NCBI GenBank assembly: GCA_963712535.1
Contig: CAVQIK010000005.1
Location: forward strand, 15-64,014
DNA length: 64,000 nt
Source: an uncultured delta proteobacterium
GTDB lineage: Bacteria; Desulfobacterota; SM23-61
Direction: 5' to 3'
Shown here in pieces: positions 57,950 through 64,000 of this stretch; positions within the stretch are counted from its first letter, which is position 1, and every line of letters starts with the position of its first letter. A program made the translations under genes and the position numbers. Below the pieces are notes generated by a model, which saw only the letters and a program-made list of their open reading frames with translations, did not search any database and was not told where the DNA came from.

Positions 57950-59009
57950 ATGAAGCGGACCATTTTTTTAGGAATCGCGTTACTTTTCGTGCCTACTTTC
58001 ATCCTGATTGACTTAGGGCGGGGAGCCGAACCCGGGCTTTCTGAAAAGGCCGCTTTCCTTCCAACAGGTAACGGCAAAAGACGGGCTGTCCAGCGAGATG
58101 GTTATGGCCGTGGCCGCTGTGGGGGAAGAGGTCTGGTTCGGCACCTACGCCGGCGGGGTGACGCTTTACGACCGGGCCAAAAAAACATTCAAGACCTATA
58201 CCACCAAGGGGGAGCCGCAGGAGAAGGATGACGGCGTCAGCATCAAGTGGAAAAACCACCCGGCCTACAACCATGTGTCGGTGATCCTTCCGGACAAGGA
58301 CCGCGTCTGGTTCGGGACGTATTTCTACGGTTTCGGGGGCGGCGGGATCTCGTATTACATGCCGCGGAAGAAGAACCCCTGGAGGCGGTTCACCACGAAT
58401 AAAGACGTGGCCAAGAAAATCGTCTCCCTGGCCGCGGACGGAGACCTGCTCTACGCCGGTTCGGAAAAAGGCCTTTCCATTTTGGACAAAAAAACGGAGA
58501 AGTGGCAATCTTTCTACTCGACCGAAGACGGGCTTGCCGGAAATTTTGTCAACGCACTTCTATTGCAATCGGATACCCTCTGGGCCGGCACGAATGCGGG
58601 GATCAGCCGGCTTCAAATTTCTCAGAACGCCTGGAAGACCTACGGGCAACCGCAAGGACTGGGGGACATCGAGGTCAAAGCCCTGGCCAGCGTCGGGGAG
58701 AAGATCTGGGCGGCAACCACCAGGGGAGCGCTCTATGAGTACGATCCCGGTCCGGACCGTTGGAAAAAGATCGAACCTTCCGATCCCTTGAAAAGCGGAG
58801 GGATCAACACTCTCGCCGTGATTCAGGGGAAGGTGCTGGTATGCCGGGACAATGGGGTCAGTGTATTCGAGATTTCCCGGAATCAATGGGATTCCATAAC
58901 CAAGGCCGACGGCCTGCTGAGCAGCACGGTTTTCTGCGCGGTCGAAGACAAGGATGGGGTCTGGTTCGGGACCGACCAGGGCGCGTCCAGGTGGAACCGG
59001 GTTCCATAG
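57950..59009 (+). pseudogene. secreted beta-propeller protein (two-component-regulator-propeller-like repeats), frame disrupted near 58065
   Basis: Signal peptide MKRTIFLGIALLFVPTFILI follows AGGAGG. It shifts into ...VTAKDGLSSEMVMAVAAVGEEVWFGTYAGGVTLYD. Seven repeats of the W(F/A)GT..G(L/V)..(Y/F/L)D type are present. Confidence 0.6.
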
Positions 59010-59097
59010 ATAGACCAAGATCGGGCGGGCTGGTTGAAGCTTGCCGCCAGCGACTCCAGAATTCGCCATCCTGAACTGAAAAAGAAAGGCAATTCCT

Positions 59098-60048
59098 ATG
59101 GATTGGTTTTCCAGGTCGAAAGTCAGCCGAAGACAGTTTCTCGCCGGGGCCGCGGCGGCAGCGATCCTGCCCAAGATGTTCTTCCCGGCCGGATCCCGCC
59201 CCTCCGTTGCATACGCTGCCGGAGATGCCGACCTGGCGGTCGCCCAGCAGGGGACTCCCACCCAGCTCCTCCAGGCCGCCCTCGCCCCCCTGGGCGGGAT
59301 GGGCCGTTTCGTGAAAAAGGGCCAGCGGGTGGTGATAAAGGCGAACATCGCCTGGGCCAGGACGCCCGACCAGGCCTGCACCAACAACCCCGAATTGCTC
59401 TCGGCCCTGATCAAGACTTGTTTCCAAGCCGGTGCAAAGCGGGTCGCGGTTTGGGACCACACCTGCGATAACTATCAATTCTGCTTTGCCCGTTCGGGCT
59501 TGAAAAAAACCGCCCAGGACGCCGGGGCGGACATCTTTTCCGGGCACGGCCGGAATGTTTACAAGCAGGTGAACGTTCCGAAAGGAAAGAAGCTGAAGAC
59601 GGTGGAGATCATCCAGGACGTGCTCGACGGTGATGTCTTCATCAACTTTCCCATCCCCAAGCAGCACTTCGCCACGGAGCTCACCCTCGGGCTGAAGAAC
59701 CTCATCGGGATTGTCTGGGATATGGAGCAGCTTCACAAGATCGACCTGCACCAGTGCATCGCCGACATCAATACCGTCCGGAAACCCGACCTGGTGGTCA
59801 TGGACGCGATTCGCATTCTCATCGACAACGGCCCCAAGGGGCCGGGGAAGACCGAGGACATCGGGGAGGTGCTCGCCTCCACGGACATCGTGGCGGTGGA
59901 TGCCTACGGGGCCGGTTATTTTAAACACCCCAAGAGCGGAAATCCTTTCAAGCCGGCGGAGGTCCGGTTCGTTAAGAACGCGTATGACCTTGGGCTGGGT
60001 CAGATCGACCTCACGAAGGTCCGCCTGAAGAAGGTTAAGGCCGCATGA
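59098..60048 (+). CDS. Tat-signal DUF362 domain protein
   Basis: SRRQFLAGAAAAAILP twin-arginine signal. DUF362 core (VVIKANIAW, FINFPIPKQH, VMDAIRILIDNGPKGPG, STDIVAVDAYG). Confidence 0.75.
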   Translation: MDWFSRSKVSRRQFLAGAAAAAILPKMFFPAGSRPSVAYAAGDADLAVAQQGTPTQLLQAALAPLGGMGRFVKKGQRVVIKANIAWARTPDQACTNNPELLSALIKTCFQAGAKRVAVWDHTCDNYQFCFARSGLKKTAQDAGADIFSGHGRNVYKQVNVPKGKKLKTVEIIQDVLDGDVFINFPIPKQHFATELTLGLKNLIGIVWDMEQLHKIDLHQCIADINTVRKPDLVVMDAIRILIDNGPKGPGKTEDIGEVLASTDIVAVDAYGAGYFKHPKSGNPFKPAEVRFVKNAYDLGLGQIDLTKVRLKKVKAA

Positions 60049-61541
60049 CCCGAAAGATTTCCCGCCTGAGGAGAACCCTCCAGGCCGCCTCTTTCTTCTT
60101 TCTCCTCTACTTAATCGTCCAGGCCGCGTTTCCCCTCGAGGGGAAGATCCCTGTCGACCTTTACCTCCGGCTGGACCCTTTCATCGGCATCGTGACCCTG
60201 CTCACCCAGAGAGAAGTGATCGTAAGAATGCTCCCGGCTTTCGGCGTCCTCCTCCTGGTGATCGTGTTCGGGAATTTCTTTTGCGGATGGTTCTGCCCCA
60301 TGGGCGCGACCATCGACTTCTTCGACCGGCTTCTCTTCCGGGAAAAGAAGAGGGCCAAACCCTTTCAGGACGAGCCCCTTCGCAGGTTGCGGTATGGAGT
60401 TTTTGTTTTTGCGGCGGCGGCGGGCATCATGGGCCTGCAGGTTCTCTATCTTCTCGACCCCATCAGCCTGATTACCCGCACCCTGGTGATCTCTTTTTAT
60501 CCACCGGCGATTTACATCTACAATCATCTTTTGCCGGAAGTCCAGCGGTTCCTCCCGAGGAACCCCTTTATCATCCCGGCGATGAAGATGCCCATCTTCA
60601 AGGTCAACCTCCTCATCTTCCTCTTCTTTGCCGCTGTCTTGGCTTTGGGAGTGATCCGGAAACGGTTCTGGTGCCGTTATCTATGTCCGCTGGGGACGTT
60701 ATTTTCCGTCACTTCCCGCCTGCGGACCGTCCGGCGGTCTGTGACCGCGGATTGCGTTCAATGCGGAAAATGCGCGCGGGAATGCTCCGTCGGGGCGATC
60801 CCGGCGGAAACGCCGCGGGAATACCGGCAGCAGGATTGCATCTCCTGCTTCAAATGCCTGGAGTGCCCGCCCAAAGCGGTCTCTTTCGGCTTTGCCCTGC
60901 CCGGGTGGAAGTCGGCGGACGGGGTTTCCCTTTCGCGCAGGTACGTGGCGGGCTCCCTGGCATTCGGGTTCTTCTCCGCCCTGGCGATAAAGACCAACCC
61001 TCTCCAGACAGAGAGCGGGCTGAAAAACAACCGTCTCATCCGCCCCCCGGGAGCGCTTCCGGAGGCTCGATTCGTTTCGGCCTGTACCGGTTGCGGGGAA
61101 TGTTTGAAGGTGTGCCCGAACAACGCCCTGCAATCCACCTTCCTGGAGGCGGGGCTCGCCGGGCTTTACACCCCGCGGATCGTGCCCCGGATCGGGTACT
61201 GCGAGGAATTCTGCAATTTCTGCGGAGAAGTCTGTCCGACCGGCGCCATCCAGGTCCTTTCCATCGAAGAAAAACGGCTGGTCCAGATGGGCGTGGCTCA
61301 CATCGACAAAACCCGCTGCATCGCCTATGATCAGGATAAGATCTGCCTCGTCTGTAACGAACAATGCTCCTACCATGCCGTCGTGGGGGATGAGAAGAAG
61401 CGCCCCAGCGTGAAGGAGGAGAAGTGCACGGGCTGCGGGATCTGTGAGAACAAGTGCCCCGTAGAGGGCGAATCGGCGATCATCGTCTACACCTCCGGTG
61501 TTCAGAAAAAGATAACCCCCGAAGCGCAGACCAAGACCTGA
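60045..61541 (+). CDS. membrane-anchored polyferredoxin (NapH/MauN-like 4Fe-4S protein)
   Basis: N-terminal TM segments with CGWFCPMG and CRYLCPLG motifs, plus six CxxCxxCxxxC(P) clusters. A 4-nt overlap joins it to the DUF362 gene. Confidence 0.8.
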   Translation: MTRKISRLRRTLQAASFFFLLYLIVQAAFPLEGKIPVDLYLRLDPFIGIVTLLTQREVIVRMLPAFGVLLLVIVFGNFFCGWFCPMGATIDFFDRLLFREKKRAKPFQDEPLRRLRYGVFVFAAAAGIMGLQVLYLLDPISLITRTLVISFYPPAIYIYNHLLPEVQRFLPRNPFIIPAMKMPIFKVNLLIFLFFAAVLALGVIRKRFWCRYLCPLGTLFSVTSRLRTVRRSVTADCVQCGKCARECSVGAIPAETPREYRQQDCISCFKCLECPPKAVSFGFALPGWKSADGVSLSRRYVAGSLAFGFFSALAIKTNPLQTESGLKNNRLIRPPGALPEARFVSACTGCGECLKVCPNNALQSTFLEAGLAGLYTPRIVPRIGYCEEFCNFCGEVCPTGAIQVLSIEEKRLVQMGVAHIDKTRCIAYDQDKICLVCNEQCSYHAVVGDEKKRPSVKEEKCTGCGICENKCPVEGESAIIVYTSGVQKKITPEAQTKT

Positions 61542-61825
61542 GGAAGCAGACTCCAGACGAAATACTCGGGAGAGCGTAAGTCGCGAGAGCGAATAATTTT
61601 TTTCCGCCTTGCGCCTTGCGCCTCACGCCCTCGCGGCCCAGGGCCGCGTTGACTTTCTGCCGCAAGCTGGTCTATCCTCCTTTGAAGGCAAATTCCTGAT
61701 CCGGACGAACTGGAATTAACCCATCAGGTGCAAAAAAACATCAGCAATCGTATTGTGGAGCCTTGTTTCTATTGGCCGGGAAGGGCATCCGCAGAATGTT
61801 GCTGGATCTCACCTTTGGTGGCCTT

Positions 61826-61886
61826 TGCCCCCTCACCCCTCCCCTCTCCCCCGCAACGGGGGAGAGGGGAGGGTGAGGGGGTTTGC
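61826..61886. repeat. near-perfect G/C palindrome (family D)
   Basis: CCCCCTCACCCCTCCCCTCTCCCCC-GCAAC-GGGGGAGAGGGGAGGGTGAGGGGG. Confidence 0.7.
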
Positions 61887-61923
61887 CGGGAAGATTTATG
61901 CAATACTTAGGTTAATCAGGATT

Positions 61924-61985
61924 TGTAGGGGCGGCCGCCCGTCAGATGGGCAGCCATCAAGCCACGGCTTGATTGCCCCTGCAGG
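61924..61985. repeat. family-B element TGTAGGGGCGGCCGCCC...TTGCCCCTGCAGG
   Basis: It shares the GTAGGGGC / GCCCCT(A/G)CAG termini with 23597-23670. Confidence 0.5.
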
Positions 61986-62039
61986 CTTATCCCTTTCGCG
62001 GTGAGTTGAAACGATAACCCCACTAAAAGGACTGCGGTC

Positions 62040-64000
62040 ATGAGCGAATGGAAAAAGACCTCCTGTGTTCTATGTTTCAACAACTGCGGCCTGGAAGTAG
62101 TCACGGAGGGGAGTAAGATCTTGAAGGTCAGGAGCGATCGGAACAACCCCCGTTCCCAGGGTTATATCTGCCGGAAAGGCGCCAATGTCGCCTACTTTCA
62201 GAATAACCCGGAAAGGTTGAAGTACCCCTTGAAGCGCGTCGGGGGTTCATTCGAGCGCGTTTCCTGGGAACAGGCCCTGGATGAGATCGCCTACAAGATC
62301 AAGGCAACGGTTGAGGACCACGGCCCCCGGTCGGTCGCCTACATGGGGGGCGGCGGACAGGGCTCCCATTTCGAAGCGGCTTTCGGGGTCCGTTTCCTGC
62401 ACGGGTTGGGTTCCAAATACCACTACAGCCCTTTGGCGCAGGAGCTGACGGGCTATTTCTGGGTGCAGGGGAAGGCTTTTGGCCGGCAGTACATGCACCC
62501 TGTGCCGGATATTCAAGCCTCGGATTTTATCGTCCTCTGGGGCGCGAATCCGATGGTCAGCCATGATCTTCCCCGGGCTCCGGTTATTCTCCGGGAAAAG
62601 AAAAAAGAACCGGGGTTTCTCCTGGCCGTCGTGGACCCGAGGCTAACCGAGACGGCCAAACTGGCCGACATCCATCTTCGCATCCGGCCCGGCACAGACG
62701 CCCTCCTTTTAAAGGCCATGATCAGGATCCTCCTAACCGAAGAGGGTCTTTTGGACCGGCAGTACCTTTCTTCGAGGGTCAGCGGCCTGGATGCCGTCTC
62801 CCAATGGTTTGATGACGTCCAGGTGGAAGAGAACTGCCGGGTGTGCGGGCTGGATCCGGGCGCCGTGCGGGAATTTACCAGGCTCTTTGCGACCCGTAAG
62901 AGCGCCATGAGGAGCGACCTGGGAATCCTCATGGGGCGCCACAGCACCCTTAACTCCTATTTGGAGCTGATTTTCCTCACCCTCTCCGGCCGGATCGGGG
63001 TGAACGGCGGGAATGTCTTCCCGGGCCACCTGATGCCGATGGGCTCCCATACCCCTGAAGAAGACCCCAAAGCCTGGCGGACCGAGGCGACCGGCATCCC
63101 GGGAATTATGGGCGTTTTCCCTCCCAATGTCCTTCCGGAAGAAATCAACAACGATCTCCCCAGGCGCATTCGAGCCCTGATCGTCAGCGGGTCGAATCCT
63201 CTCCGATCCTACGCCGACACCGCGGCTTACGAGAAGGCTTTCGCCAGGCTGGATCTGCTGGTCACGGTCGAGGTGGCCATGACCGAAACGGCGATTCTAT
63301 CCCATTATGTCCTTCCGGCAAAGAGCGGGTTCGAAAAATGGGACGGGACCTTTTTTCAATGGAATTTTCCGGAATACTACTTCCACATGCGCCCTCCGGT
63401 GGCGGAGTGTGACGGGGAGCAGGTGGAGGAAGCCGAGATTTACCTCGGGCTCGCGGAACGGCTGGGGTTGATCCCGGAGCTGCCGGAAAAGCTCCGGCAG
63501 TCGGCCAAAGACCGGGCGGTTTACGGCGCCGCGCTAATGGAGTACCTCCAGACCAACCCCAGTGCCGCATCCTGGCTGCCGTTCATATCTGGCCAAGACA
63601 CTCGGCGAGGAGCTGGGATCGAAGAACCTGGCCGCGCTCTGGGGCCTGCTCATCCGGTTTCCCATGATGCATCCGGAAGATGTCACCCGTGCCGGATACT
63701 CGCTGGGGCCTCTTACGGGCGAGGAGTTGTTCAGTAAAATCCTGGAAAACCCCGGCGGGGTCAAGATCGGCGTGGTGGACCGGGGAAATAACCTTTCCCT
63801 TTTGAAAACCCCTGACAAAAAAATCCATATTTATTTTCCGGAGATGGGATCCTGGCTGAAGGAGGTCACGCCGGCAGCGGAAGAAAAAAGCCTCGTGAAC
63901 AGGGATTTCCCCCTGGTGCTCATGGCCGGAAACCACATGGAGATGGTGGCCAACAGCCTGATGCGCGACCCGGCCTGGAACGCAGGCAGGCGCTGCTGCA
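62040..64000 (+). pseudogene. cytoplasmic molybdopterin oxidoreductase, frame disrupted near 63570-63595, 3' end outside the window
   Basis: N-terminal Fe-S motif CVLCFNNCGLEV...YICRKG, then molybdopterin domains. After ...ALMEYLQTNPSAA the protein continues in the +1 frame (LAKTLGEELGSKNLAALWGLLIRFPMMHPEDV...LVLMAGNHMEMVANSLMRDPAWN) to the window edge. No Tat signal. Confidence 0.8.

Noticed and set aside
58560-59928. 300-aa and 356-aa minus-strand ORFs
   Set aside because: They are antisense to the propeller and Tat-DUF362 genes and have no motifs.

Overview
This 64-kb window looks like chromosome from an anaerobic, Deltaproteobacteria-like (Desulfobacterota-type) organism. That placement is inferred only from gene content and from the G/C-run palindromic intergenic repeats; there is no rRNA here to confirm it. 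All family calls come from motifs I recognise by eye in the supplied translations, and no searches were run.

Layout:
1. 0.4-10.5 kb: envelope, secreted and redox genes on both strands. From 1.7 kb onward all but the aldo/keto reductase gene have disrupted reading frames.
2. 10.9-25.6 kb: intact metabolic and transport genes. These are an aldehyde dehydrogenase, an acetolactate-synthase-like TPP enzyme and a Zn-ADH; a NitT/TauT-type ABC importer; a Dpp/Opp-type binding protein with two permeases but no ATPases; an enolase-superfamily enzyme; trxC; and an NMO/FabK-like oxidoreductase.
3. 25.7-45.8 kb: a unidirectional minus-strand block holding a complete Tad/Flp pilus locus. It includes two Flp pilin genes that fall below the ORF-track length cutoff. 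Upstream of the pilins sit a PAS-GGDEF-HD-GYP protein, an 83-aa unknown, two sigma-54-type promoter candidates and a histidine kinase / NtrC-type activator pair. The activator is frame-disrupted.
4. 46.4-48.0 kb: DUF3786-like and M55-peptidase-like genes.
5. 48.1 kb: tRNA-Pro(CGG), followed by a roughly 9.7-kb, visibly AT-richer, decayed integrative island. It carries a truncated integrase, IS remnants, small unknown genes, an SLT transglycosylase, a FlgM-like protein and a histidine kinase remnant.
6. 57.9-64 kb: a beta-propeller protein, a Tat-DUF362 plus polyferredoxin pair, and a molybdopterin oxidoreductase that runs off the window.

I found no CRISPR array and no rRNA. Several families of palindromic REP-like elements fill the intergenic spaces.

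The most interesting items are:
- the sigma-54 / c-di-GMP / Tad regulatory arrangement;
- a pair of paralogous small zinc-ribbon proteins that I cannot assign to any named family;
- the very uneven distribution of frameshifts;
- the decayed tRNA-Pro island and its cargo.
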